DNA from: Octopus vulgaris
Taxonomy: Eukaryota
Direction: 5' to 3'
Length of the DNA stretch: 64,000 bases
NCBI GenBank assembly: GCA_951406725.2
Contig: OX597823.1
Coordinates: 35,650,001 to 35,714,000 of the forward strand
Positions 40,552-52,329 of this stretch are shown here, piece after piece. Position 1 is the stretch's first letter; the number at the start of each line of letters is the position of its first letter. The position numbers were made by a program, and so were the translations under genes. Under the pieces are notes generated by a model. The model was given only the letters and a program-made list of their open reading frames with translations. It was not told the DNA's origin and did not search any database.

Positions 40552-40555
<4 letters not shown>
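38580..40555 (-). repeat. Tandem array of ~354-bp units (about 5 units plus an inverted partial unit), each with a decayed hammerhead ribozyme; retrozyme-like
   Basis: Anchor GGAGAAATAAGCTAT (or variant) at 38590, 38936, 39288, 39646, 40256; HHR positions 38803, 39157, 39511, 39869, 40122; inverted segment 40334-40553 followed by (TA)n. Confidence 0.9.
39869..39915 (-). ncRNA. Best-preserved HHR of the tandem array
   Basis: acacaca-CTGAGGA-cgagtaatcgccta-GAAA-ctcgag-TC-cgtgtgt; intact core, GUC triplet, 6-bp stem I beyond one mismatch. Confidence 0.8.
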
Positions 40556-40591
<36 letters not shown>

Positions 40592-41502
40592 TTATGCATG
40601 TATGTATAGGCGAGCATGATGTATATATATACATGTGCAAGATGGACAGCGTAGTGTTACTCAACGGGAACCAAGAACAAACTGGTGCGTTTTTGTAGAC
40701 TTTGCTAGATCTGTGTAGATAAGAAAACATTGATATTTGTGAAAACTAGGATTATATGAGGAGCGCATTGTTTGAGGATTCTACAAAGAACAACTAAAGA
40801 GAGATATTTATTCTTAACTTATAGGTTGAATGTCGTGTAGAGATTAATATAAAGGAAAAATGAGGAAAGTACTACTGAGTGTAGATTTGCAAGCAAAGAT
40901 GGCGACAAATGGGATGGATTCTTCAACTGCTTGCAGCTTGGAATTTATATAGAAACTTATATTAGAATTTATATTTATATGGAAACATTCTGCAAATGTG
41001 TGTATGGGTGTGTATATATTTCTGTATACATATGTATATATATGTGCACTTTCAAATGTATGTGTGCATGTGTATACTTGTGTGTGCGTTTTTATGCGTG
41101 CCGGTATACGTGTTCATGAGTGTGCGCAGGCGTTGAACCGTTGCTTCTCTTATTATTGATATTGTTGGAAAGCCACAAACACTAAACTCTCCAGTTTATC
41201 TTCCCAAATATATCTAACGCTTTATTTTATACTCACCATCGTTGCCGGGCAATTTTTACAATAGAATGTCTTTTATAAATTTTTGTTTATTCTATGTCAG
41301 ACCATGCCTTCCCCAACAGATAGGCCTCTTGATCAGGTCAGATTTGTTCGACCGTTTCGCATGACTTTATTCATTAAAACTTACTAAAACTTCAGAAATT
41401 CTTACACTTTAATGCAGTTCTATATTTAAGAGATGAGGAATTATGTACATTATCTACATTATTTTCATTCGACGGATATTTGTCCTCATCTTGTTTGTTG
41501 TT

Positions 41503-41548
41503 AACTCAACGTTTCGGCTGATATACCCTCCAGCCTTCTTCAGGTGTC
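41503..41548 (-). ncRNA. Minimal type I hammerhead ribozyme motif (PLE type) within the repeat at 41417-41560
   Basis: gacac-CTGAAGA-a-ggctg(gagggtatat)cagcc-GAAA-cg-TT-gagtt; perfect 5-bp stem II, AACGTT palindrome. Confidence 0.82.
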
Positions 41549-42022
41549 TTGGGGAAATTTCGAGTTCGATTCCAAGCAGTGACCTGGACATTAATAATAA
41601 TAATACTAATAATGATAACAATAATAACAACACTAATACTAATAACCTATGTTGCCATATAGCCTTTCATCTATTTATCTATGTATGTATAAATATGTGT
41701 CTGTTATTTGTGAAAGAAAACCGAAATACAAAGAGAAAGGAAACGAGATGAAACAACAAATCAAACAGAATATATTAAACAAAAACTATGCACGTTCGTT
41801 GTTGAGAGCAGGTGCTACACCACAAGCAATTATACATAATATATAATTACCAATGTATAGCTTTTAGTGTTTGAATTTATATGTGTAATGCTTAAACACA
41901 CAAACACACACACCCATACACACATACACACAAACGTATATATGACTGCTACCAAATATGTACATATACAAGAATGTTTTAGCATGCACATACACACACA
42001 TATATATATATATATATACATA

Positions 42023-42190
42023 GGCGCAAGAGTGGGTGTGTGGTAAGTAGCTTTCTTACCAACCACGTGATTCCGGGTTCAGTACCACTGCGTGGCACCT
42101 TGGTCAAGTGTTTTTCTACTATAGCCTCCGTCCGATAAAAGCTTTGTGAGAGGATTTGGTAGAAGGAAACTGAAAGAAGCCCGTCGCATA
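42023..42190 (+). mobile_element. SINE family B, 5' half
   Basis: GGCGCAAGAGTGGGTGTGTGGTAAG...CCGGGTTCAGTACC...GAAAGAAGCCCGTCG. Confidence 0.87.
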
Positions 42191-42400
42191 TATATTCCTT
42201 GTATTGTTTGTCTTGTACTCTGTTTTTTCGTTGTTAAAAAAAGTCCGTTTCCTTGTTTGATTTTATGTTTTCGTTTCTCGTTGTGTTCTACGTTTATTTG
42301 TGGTGTCCTGTACTCATACATGCATGTATATATACATATAGATGTAGGTATGTACATATATGTATGAATGTATGCATATGTTTTATTTATTAAATTGTTG

Positions 42401-42448
<48 letters not shown>

Positions 42449-42452
<4 letters not shown>

Positions 42453-42750
42453 GATGCGAGGGGTATTTGAGGACAGTTTTGTTATACAATAAAACAACTA
42501 TATTTCAGCATCAATAAAGATGTGTTTGAATAAACATTTGTGCAATTAGTCTTGATAATGATTTTTTAAAGCAAATTATTCTATGAAACCACCTTTGGCA
42601 TCGAAGACTCCTTCAATGCAGGACCGAAACCCCTGGCATGCTGACACTATATGGTCCTTATTCATTTTAGACATCACCTGGACAATGGCGACCTTCAGTG
42701 AATCTATGGTATTATGAGGATGACGATTAGTCTCCCTTTCAACAGCGGGT
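42449..42750 (-). mobile_element. 3'-terminal fragment of a maT-like transposon related to 33373-34598
   Basis: TA|CAGGATGCGAGGGGTATTTGAGGA resembles the TIR at 33373; the minus strand reads ACQGFRSCIEGVFDAKGGFIE, a transposase C-terminus. Confidence 0.7.
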
Positions 42751-42825
42751 AATCATGAAGGGTATATTGGGCTTCGTATATTTGTACCCTAGTGTCATTT
42801 TGATGTCATGCGCTGCTTTCTCACT

Positions 42826-43065
<240 letters not shown>

Positions 43066-45325
43066 CCAGGAACACCTGGGACGTTTAACATATGGGAGCG
43101 ATAAAACATTACTCCGAAATCTATCCAAAAACATCGGGAATAAAGACAAAAAATGGAACCTAAAATAACTGACGAAATAATAACTAATACTCGTTAACAT
43201 TTATTTCTATATTCCAAACGAAATGATATATTTTAACTGTGTATCATCTCCATCACTCGTACAACACATGTAAACACGTTCGCCACATTACGATCCAATC
43301 AACATCAGACCATCTCCGTCCCCAACCACCATGCGCGAAACAAAATTGAAAAATAAATTAAATATTATTCGTATTATTCGACCCAAGGACAACAAACGGG
43401 AAGTACGTACCTCAAACTTGTTACACACAAGAAGTACAAAAAACTACACGTGCAAAACTATTTAACACCAGAAATGAACGGGCTGGTACCCTACGAAAAT
43501 GATGACCATCAAAATAACGGGCCGGACGTTATTCCTCATGTCCCGCAAATAAAATCAAAAACGCATAAATAGACTCGTGAGGAATATATTTCAATCCTAC
43601 ACGCTTACTTTACAGCAGTGCTTGACCTACAGGGCGGGAGCATAACAAAAAATACTGATAAAAAATCTGGAAGAGAAATAACCTAAATAAAGACTTGGAT
43701 ACAGCAATGAACCTTAATAAACTAGATAACATACGAAGATATATTCTCAAAACAAACAAATACCAGAAATAGAACACTTAGAATGAAAAATACATCATCA
43801 AAACATAGATAGTAACCAAACAGCAATGCCAAATAATATCATCAGCCCTGGGGCTGTAAAAGACGAGGACGGACGTAACATGTCCAACAAAAACAAAGTA
43901 AACAATGAAAGACAGCAAACCCAGACTGCAGAAATGTATAATGATGAACAAAATGCACCAAACCAAAACACCACAAACAAAAATATGAATGGGAGGGAAT
44001 ATGAAACAAATCTTAAACCTGCAAACAGTAAAGATGAAATCAATGATTATGATACTCTAAAAATGAGCGTAATCAGAGAATTGAAATCAGACATCTTAGA
44101 ATGAACCACCGATTGTACCTCCCAAAAATTAAAATTGATAATAAAACCACATCAATAATAAATAGCATAAACGTGGCCGTCACAGTAATAACAGCCACGG
44201 GAACAAATGTCAATATGACCAGGCTATATAATGTATGCAGCAGCCTCTGTGGCCACAAAGAAGCTAGATACTCCCTCTAGCCCATTCAAACCATCACCGA
44301 GACAATCCCTGTGGATAAATAATATCCAGAAAAAAATAGAAAATAAGAGAAAGGATCTGTCAATCCTTAATGAAACTAGTAGACAATCAACACTACTAAG
44401 CAACAAGAAGAGAATAAAAATACTACGTAAAAACAAAATTACAGAAAAGGTACACCTGAGGTAAAAGAACAGTTAAAGCAAGATAACCTCGAAAAGCACA
44501 AAGAATCCGCCGGTATGAGAAACGCCAACGTTTCTTTGAAGAAAATAAGCACTTCAACCCCAAAAGATTCTATCACGTACTTGCCAAAACTATTGTAGAG
44601 ATCAATGCAGCACCAACAGCAAAAGAAGTGAAAAACTTTTGGAAAGAAATATGGTCTGTGAAGGAACAACCTCAGAAAAGGTCTATCAAAACAACGAACA
44701 CTGCACCTGAACAACTCTGGACCCCTATAACAACTGAAGAAGTCATACTGCAAAAACTAAGCAACTGGAAGGCTCTCAGGCACGACAAGATCCCCAACGT
44801 ATGTTTAACATACCTAAAAGGAACACATAAAAAGCTGGCTGAGAAATTTAATGAAATATTAGCAAAGCCAGAGACAATGCCTGAATGGCTCACAGAAAGG
44901 AAAACAGTCCAAATTCCCAAATCCACTGAAACATCAAACACACAAAATTACAGACCGATAACTTATCCCCCTACAATTTACAAAGCTTTTACTGCAATAA
45001 TGTCGCAGAGAATGAGCAAAAATCCGGAAGAAAACAACCTGTTTCTAGAAGTGCAGAAGGGATGCTGCAAGGACTCGTATGGCTGCAAAAATCAGCTACG
45101 GATCAATAAAGCCATAACTGAAGACAGCCGCAGAAAGAAGAAGGGTCTAAGTATGGCCTGGGTTGATTACCGAAAGGCTTTTGATAGTATTCCCCACACA
45201 TGCATCCTAAAGACACTAGCCATGAACAAGGTAGCATCAATAATCATAAGATATATAAAGCATTACATGAATAAATGGCAGACAGTGCTACAGTTCTAGA
45301 GCTCAATGAGAAAAACAAGATAATA
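43066..45325 (+). mobile_element. 5' portion of a decayed R4/Dong-type LINE, starting directly after (AAT)n
   Basis: FWKEIWS, LSNWKA..DKIPN, PEWLTE, NYRPIT..TIYK, QKGC..SYGCKNQL, SMAWVDYRKAFDSIPH; jumps to ELNEKNKII near 45300. Confidence 0.88.
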
Positions 45326-45329
45326 ATAG

Positions 45330-45525
45330 TAATAATAATCTTTTCTACTCTAGGTACAAGGCCTGACATCGACCCCAGTACGCAACTGGTACTTAATTTT
45401 CGACCCCGAAAGGATGAAAGGCAAAGTCAACCTAGGCAGAATTTGAACTCAGAACATAAAGATAGACGAAATACCGCTAAGCATTTCGACTGGCGTGTTA
45501 ACGTTTCTGCCAGCTCGCTCCCTTA
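45330..45525 (-). mobile_element. tRNA-derived SINE family C
   Basis: Reverse complement GAGCTGGCAGAAACGTTAACACGCC..GAAATGCTTAGCGGTATTTCGTC..GAGTTCAAATTC; homologous to 60357-60770. Confidence 0.85.
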
Positions 45526-45530
45526 ATAAA

Positions 45531-45607
<77 letters not shown>

Positions 45608-45656
45608 TAAAAATAATAATAATAATAATAAAAATAAAATAATAATAATAATAATG

Positions 45657-45698
<42 letters not shown>

Positions 45699-46149
45699 TA
45701 ACAACAACAGTAATAACAATAATAATCTCAATAGTATAGACATACAAACCATACACATTACATACATGCGCGCACACACACGGCCACTCACTTTCCCCTC
45801 TTCCCTATCAGCAGAGAACAACTACACAATCTAGATACTTAGTACAACCATAACAACACCATATGCACACAGGACCCCCCACATATCTTAATGAACCTTT
45901 TGATTGGTGAAAATTAATAGACAGCTTTCAGTTGAACACTCGTAACTTCTAACTCCGCCTGACGAAATGGGGGCATGAATTTGATGTCCATAAATATTAC
46001 AAATTGTATTGTAGTCATCCCAGGAATGCGGACTGTGATAACAAAAATCATGTGATTTGTAGAAACGTGCGTAGTGATACATAAAACATATTTATAAATT
46101 TTCAATTTATAAATAAGTCAAGCGCGAGCAAAGGATCACCAAAAGCTTC

Positions 46150-47612
46150 AACGTAATATGTATAAAAAGAAACCGGAATTTTGCAATACCATTTTATTCA
46201 CTTAGTTTAATATGTTTACACTTTTATCGCTTTTAAAACATTTTCCATTTGAAGCAATGCATCGGTCCAGATGTGTTTTCTATTGTTAGATGCAGTGTTG
46301 GAACTCTTGCAAAGCGATGCCTTCTAACTCCTCCGTCGTTTTCTTCTTCTACTCTTCCACACCTGCAAAATGTTTTCCTTAAAGAACTTTTTTCATTCGA
46401 GGGAACAAAAAAGGTCACAATGAGCAAGATCGAGTGAATAGAAAGGATAAGTAAGCAGGGTCACGTCATATTTGGTCAAAAACAGTCTCACACTCAATGT
46501 GGTCAGCACAGTTGCATTGTCGTGATGAAACTACCACTCTCCGCTTTGTCACAGGTGGGAAATTTTCGTCACAGCGCGTCTCGCAAACGCTTCAAAACTG
46601 CCAAGTAAAATGTCTTTTTGGCAGTTTGACCAGGAGTAACAAATTCTGTGTAGAAAATTCTTTTCGCATCGATGAAGCAATATGACTAGGCTATATAAGA
46701 GAAATGATCTGGCAATCCTTAATGAAACTAGTAGACAATCAACACTACTAAGCAACAAGAAGAGAATAAAAATACTACGTAAATACAAAATTACAGAAAA
46801 GGTACACCTGAGGTAAAAGAACAGTTAAAGCAAGATAACCTCGAAAAGCACAAAGAATCCGCCGGTATGAGAAACGGTATCAGCATCGCCTTAACATTGG
46901 ACTTCACTTAACGCGCATTTTTGGTGCATGGTGACATTGAATGCTTCCATTGACTTGATTGCTGCTTCGTTTCTGGATCGCAGCCGTAGCACCAGCTTTA
47001 TCCACCAGTGATGACTTTCAAAAAAACGATTCGGATCAAGCTGCAGCTGTTTTTACAGTTCACGACAAGAATTCAGTCATGACTGCTTTTGATCTTCCGT
47101 GAGGCATAAATTTTGCTGCAGCTCTTTTCATTCGCAATTCCTTGCTCAAAATTATTTGGCAGCAGCCCCCAGGACACACCTGTCATATCAAGTCGTGAAA
47201 TTTCGTAATGTTTTCATTTGTTCGTGGGGTCGACGTTGGTCTGCAAGCGACAAGTGATCATTCCTAAAGCGTGAAAACCAATCGTAAACCTGTGTGTTGC
47301 TCATGGCAGCGTCCTTGTAAGCTGTTTGAAGCAATCACTACTGTTTCGGCCGCCATTTTCCCCAGCAGAAAACAGAATCTTACGAAAGCACGTTATTCCT
47401 TCGTTTCAGTCATCGCAAAAATCGACGAAAAGAGGAGGAGTATTGCAAAACAAAGACGCACCACGTTAGCGGTACGACCTAACCAGACGACGCCGGTCGG
47501 CAGACTGATGCCTGAGGGTTGTACCAAGTGGCTTCTGGCGGTGGAAGCCTGAACTACAACGCGCTTGTCCCACAGAGAATGTTTCCGGTTACTTTTGGGT
47601 ACCTCCTCGCAT
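46150..47612 (-). mobile_element. Decayed mariner-type DNA transposon
   Basis: Inverted termini containing AAAAG.AACCGGAA (~46165 and ~47590); minus strand shows HHDNA, FLFPRMK and ITGG*SWCYG-like mariner motifs. Confidence 0.75.
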
Positions 47613-47959
47613 ATACTCATGCATAAACACATGGTGGTTGTCGACTCGTTAAACATGTATGACCATGGCTGACTAAAGAAAGTGTATCACAGTATTACTA
47701 GCTGTGAGAATGACTATGGCTCTTGACTCCTACCAGCAATTTACAGAACTCGTTGGAGGTTACGCCATGTTACTTGTCACAGTAGCGTTTAAAATCGGAA
47801 ACAACATTTACTGAAGACAATCCTAAATCTGATGACCCTCATTGTTTACAATGATCCCAATTTGAAAAGTGTGTACTGTGACGCATGCAAAGTCTATGGC
47901 CTGACTAACTGAAGAGTTCTTGAAAAAATATTCATCTGTAAAATTTTATGGAACATGAT

Positions 47960-48630
47960 TTTAGAGTTCAAAAATTTAAATAGTTTTAGTGCAAAACTTA
48001 CAGCAAGTTTGTAAGATGAACAAATAGAAAAGTGAGTCATTAATGTGTTGTTTGATCGTCCAAATATTAATGAAAACTTGTTGGAAAGTGTCATAACATA
48101 TGAAGAAATGTAATTGTACGGTTACTATGGCGCCTCATTGATTATATCACCGTAACCACGAAAAGCATGTCAGAGATGCTCAAATGTGAAGGTGATTTTG
48201 CTCGTCTTTAATTTTTTAATGAAGGAACATTGTTCATCATGTTTTCCCCGTATTTATATAATCAGCAAAGAAGTATACTTGAATGTCTTGTGGCTTTTGA
48301 AAGAAGCATTCCGAAGGAAAAGATGTGGGGCGTAGACAATTGTAACCTAGATGTTCAATAGATTTAGCCCATGCAAACATTTTTTGTTCCTAAAGTTGAA
48401 ATTTATTTTGGAATGTCACTGATTACAGATGATGGAAGAGATCAAAGAAAATTCACGAGAAGCACACAGTGGTCTTGAAAACCTGATCCAAAACTAGAAA
48501 AGATTTCAGGACATGTGCATTAGCAATGGGGAGAATTATTTTGAAGAAGAAAAGTTTCATTATACTGGAAATAAAACAATGAATTTGATTTGATTTTAAG
48601 ATCGGTTTTTGTTTGGAGAGTGCTCTTATA
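47960..48630 (+). mobile_element. Highly decayed mariner fragment
   Basis: DLAPCKHFLF-like motif near 48360 and C-terminal CISNGENYFE. Confidence 0.55.
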
Positions 48631-49101
48631 CAAGCACATTTCTAGACTTGATAGACAATGCTGCACCACTTCAGAAATACGGAGATACATCTGGCGCTGT
48701 AATAGAAACTAGCATTAAACAGCTAAAACATGGGGGATAGTTATAAAACAATAATAAGAGTGAGAAGAAAATGAGAATAGATTAAATCTAGTGATAGGTA
48801 ACGAAATTTAATGACATGGCAATCACATTGAATAGAGAAAAACATTGGAAAAAATACTTAGCTTGCGGTGTATAAAATCTATTAACGAAGGTAGAGTACA
48901 AACCACTTCCAGATCAAAAAATTCATATAATATTTCTTTCAAAAACTTACCACTGCAATTTTAGAAATTGTTTGAATCACCATAAGACTATGTAATGTCT
49001 ATTTCTCTATTTGTGCTTACAAGAGTGTATATGTCTGTGGGAACATTGTTATATATATGGCCACAGGTGAATAGTTGAAACCAATTAAATCATAAACCAA
49101 T

Positions 49102-49252
<151 letters not shown>

Positions 49253-49349
49253 GCAATAAGTGTGCAAAGTTAAATTTTTCGATTCTTGCTATCTCATTTT
49301 ACTAATTCCAGTAACAAACGCACATTTACCACATTCCATTTGCTTGAAA

Positions 49350-49387
<38 letters not shown>

Positions 49388-49479
49388 TGTGTGTGTGCAT
49401 GCAGCGCGCGCACACACGTCTTTATCTACGTATGCACATACAAATATATGTATGTAAGTGTGTAAGTATGTATTTATGT

Positions 49480-50130
49480 ATGCCAAAACAACTCTTTTAT
49501 GAAGAATTAGCTAAAGGTAAACGACCTCCACATAAACCAAAAAGAAGGTATAAGGACTTGCTGAAGACTTCCTTAAGAGATGCTTGCATCTCTCCTGATA
49601 CATGGGAAGGCGTAGCTATTGATCGTAGCAGGTGGAGAAGGATTGTGCACGAGGGGACAGCTACTTTTGAGAAATCACGAATTGCACATGAGAAAGTAAA
49701 GAGGGATGTCAAGAAGGGCATCGCTGTTACACTTCCAGATGGCAATGGTCTTCCTTTGATTCTGACATGCAATGTCTGTGCAAGACCCTGCCCCAGTAAA
49801 GCTGGACTCAAGAGTCATATTCGTAGTCATAAAGCGAGACAGATGAGTGACAACCTGGCGACTGGTAGTGGTGTAACACACCATACTAATCATATCTGTC
49901 GGACATGTGGAAGAGAGTGTAATTCGGTAGGAGGACTTAAACGACATGCAAAGATACATGAAGCCCAGTTACAACTACAACTGGCTATTACCGGTAAAGG
50001 TTTTAGTTGCCAATTCTGTACAAGACATTGTAGATCTTTAGCTGGGCTAAAAAGTCACATTCGATCACAGCACCCATAACAGTTAAGCTTCGTGCAATGG
50101 CCATACTCGATAACGAGGAGGCAGCCATCA
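49480..50130 (+). mobile_element. 3' end of an RTE-clade LINE; open frame to 50079 with three C2H2 zinc fingers
   Basis: PKQLFYEEL..GKR....PKRRYKD.LK..L......WE..A.DRSRWR is the RTE C-terminal signature; CxxC..GLKSH...H three times; short 3' UTR, then (GTAT)n. Confidence 0.88.
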
Positions 50131-50599
50131 CGTATGTATGTATGTATGTATGTATGTATGTATGTATGTATGTATGTATGTATGTATGTTTGTATGTACA
50201 AGTGCACGAGTTATTGTATATAATTTCAAGTGTAGTCACTCAACATAATTCATTAGAGCTCGTTGCATGAATATATTCTCTGCTTCTTGCTTCTATATAT
50301 CTTCCATTTCACATGAATGTATGACCACGCGCACGAGGACATCGAATAAAGATTTCGATAAAAGTAGATCGATAATGTGACCCTTTTGTTATCTACCTTC
50401 AACTAGGGAACTATGTATCAGTGTTCGAAACCATCTCCTTCCTTATAGGAAGATTTCAATTAATTAAAAATAGAAGGGAACGTTTAAGAAGCATACAGCA
50501 CTGAAGGAGCAAGAGTTAGCAGGATGTTGGAGCTCAACCGACAAGGAGCCTGGACAAAGTGAAACATTACCTAGTGGTATCTTTTGTGGCCTGACATCC

Positions 50600-51410
50600 A
50601 ACGTATCAGATTTCTGTCTACGACACTTTACCAATTCCAACAAACCTTCACACATAGAATAAGAGTGAAGCACCACCCCGTCCCTTCTGTTCTAAAACAG
50701 AGTCCCTTCAATACCTCCTCAGCAGCTACCCCAGAGCCTTAGCCGATGGCCGCTGCTGCTGACAGCATGACCAGTGCTCAGGGTGCTTGCGGAGGCGATA
50801 TTGACAGCCATACAGTCCAGTAAATACCACCCAAGAAAGAGACCGTCTTTCGCGGAGCTGGCAACAAGTTCAGTTCATTGAAACTTCGGCGACCATCGTA
50901 CTTTCTTTCACAGCCCCAGACTGACAGCTGAGAGTGCGTCTCGTGGAACGGTTAAAGTACCTAGATCACATCGTATCAACAACACTCCGACCAGACATAG
51001 TGATCTTCTAAAATTTCACCAGACAGATGATCATGTGGAAACTGATGGTTCTCTGGGAGGAACACATACGGGAAGCTTGGCTGGCAGGTACTTCGGAAGG
51101 CAATAGAATTGGGTTGTCGAGGTTTTGTAGGTTTTCATTCTGCAAAGTTCTGACTAGTCTTGAGGTTACTGGTGCAGCCAAGAGGAGGGCTACGAATTCC
51201 GTCACTGACACTGCAGAGAAGGCAGCTACCTGGCTTTGGATAAAGAAACATCGCTGTTCGCTGCTACTGATGTGCAAGATGGGAATTGGCCAACCCCAGT
51301 TGGTTCAAATGAATGAGGAGGTCTGGTATTAAAAGAGCTGATATCCCCTGAGGGCCCCATAAATATCACTGACGATGCATCCCAGAGCATCCTTGACACG
51401 TATCTTTAAA
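50600..51410 (+). mobile_element. Decayed Hero-like non-LTR 3' fragment
   Basis: TTLRPDIVIF, LMVLWEEHIREA, L.VTGAAKRRA..VTDTAEKAATWLWIKK. Confidence 0.75.
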
Positions 51411-51520
51411 CTATAGTAAGCTGTTTTTATTAATTTTTTGTGTACTCAGAAATCTGCTAAATCATTTGTAGATTTTTCTGATGAATATATATACTCTGAT
51501 AGGTGGGCTAGCCCGGAATC

Positions 51521-51598
51521 AACCGAGGAAGTTGGTCTTACTGAAGATGGCAACGGAAATTGCCAAAACTGACCGGTCAGTCTAAGGAATTCTCGGTT
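51521..51598 (+). ncRNA. Type I HHR with extended stem I; GAAA altered to AAAA
   Basis: aaccgag..ctta-CTGAAGA-t-ggcaa(cggaaa)ttgcc-AAAA-ctgac(cg)gtcag-TC-taag..ctcggtt; all three stems pair perfectly. Confidence 0.82.
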
Positions 51599-51783
51599 CG
51601 GTGATCGGGGCGATTGCAGCCGCAATCAGAGTATATGTTATGGGCTTTGTAACAGCATTAGAGAATGTTAGGTCCAATTTCTCGCAATGTAGGTGTTATT
51701 CACACCGTCAGTCAAGTTTAGTTGACGACTATAATTTTCCATTACGATATAACGTTGCAAACAGCTGTTTTCATTACTTGATA

Positions 51784-51817
<34 letters not shown>

Positions 51818-51829
51818 ATTTAGAGAAAA

Positions 51830-52170
51830 ACCTTCAATAATGAACGCTTCAAGACTGACTTCATCACCAAGGCCACATGCCTAGTACCAGAAGAAAATAC
51901 CTTTAGATTCGACAATAAAATATGTCGACAAATAAAGGGGAAGGCAATGGGGATGCGGTTTGCACCTTCATAAACAAAGTTAGTTATAGAATACTTGGAA
52001 GAAAAACTTTATGAGGAAGTAGAAAAGTACAAGAAATATATCATTAAAAAGTAGAAACGCTTCCTTGATGATTACTTCATCTTCTGAGACAGATCGAACG
52101 AAGTTCTAAGTATATTCAACAATATACTGAACACACTTCACCCATCCATCAAATTCACGACAGAATCCTT
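51830..52170 (+). pseudogene. Penelope-like RT fragment (RFLDD type)
   Basis: NTFRFDNKICRQIKGKAMG.RFAPS, LEEKLY, KRFLDDYFIF, LNTLHPSIKFT. Confidence 0.85.
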
Positions 52171-52329
52171 TTGCAGTTAATTCGGCATTATTAAATGACT
52201 ATATGACCAGTATTAAATAATCTCCCAATCTACATACCCTCGCAAACAAAGCAATAAATATTTATGAAGCAAACATTTCCACACATTCAAGACTCCTCAC
52301 AAACGCCATCACCACAACATACAAAAGCA

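Noticed and set aside
38580-40555. CRISPR-like or tandem-gene reading of the array
   Set aside because: Units are homologous along their full length with no unique spacers and no conserved ORF; eukaryotic context.
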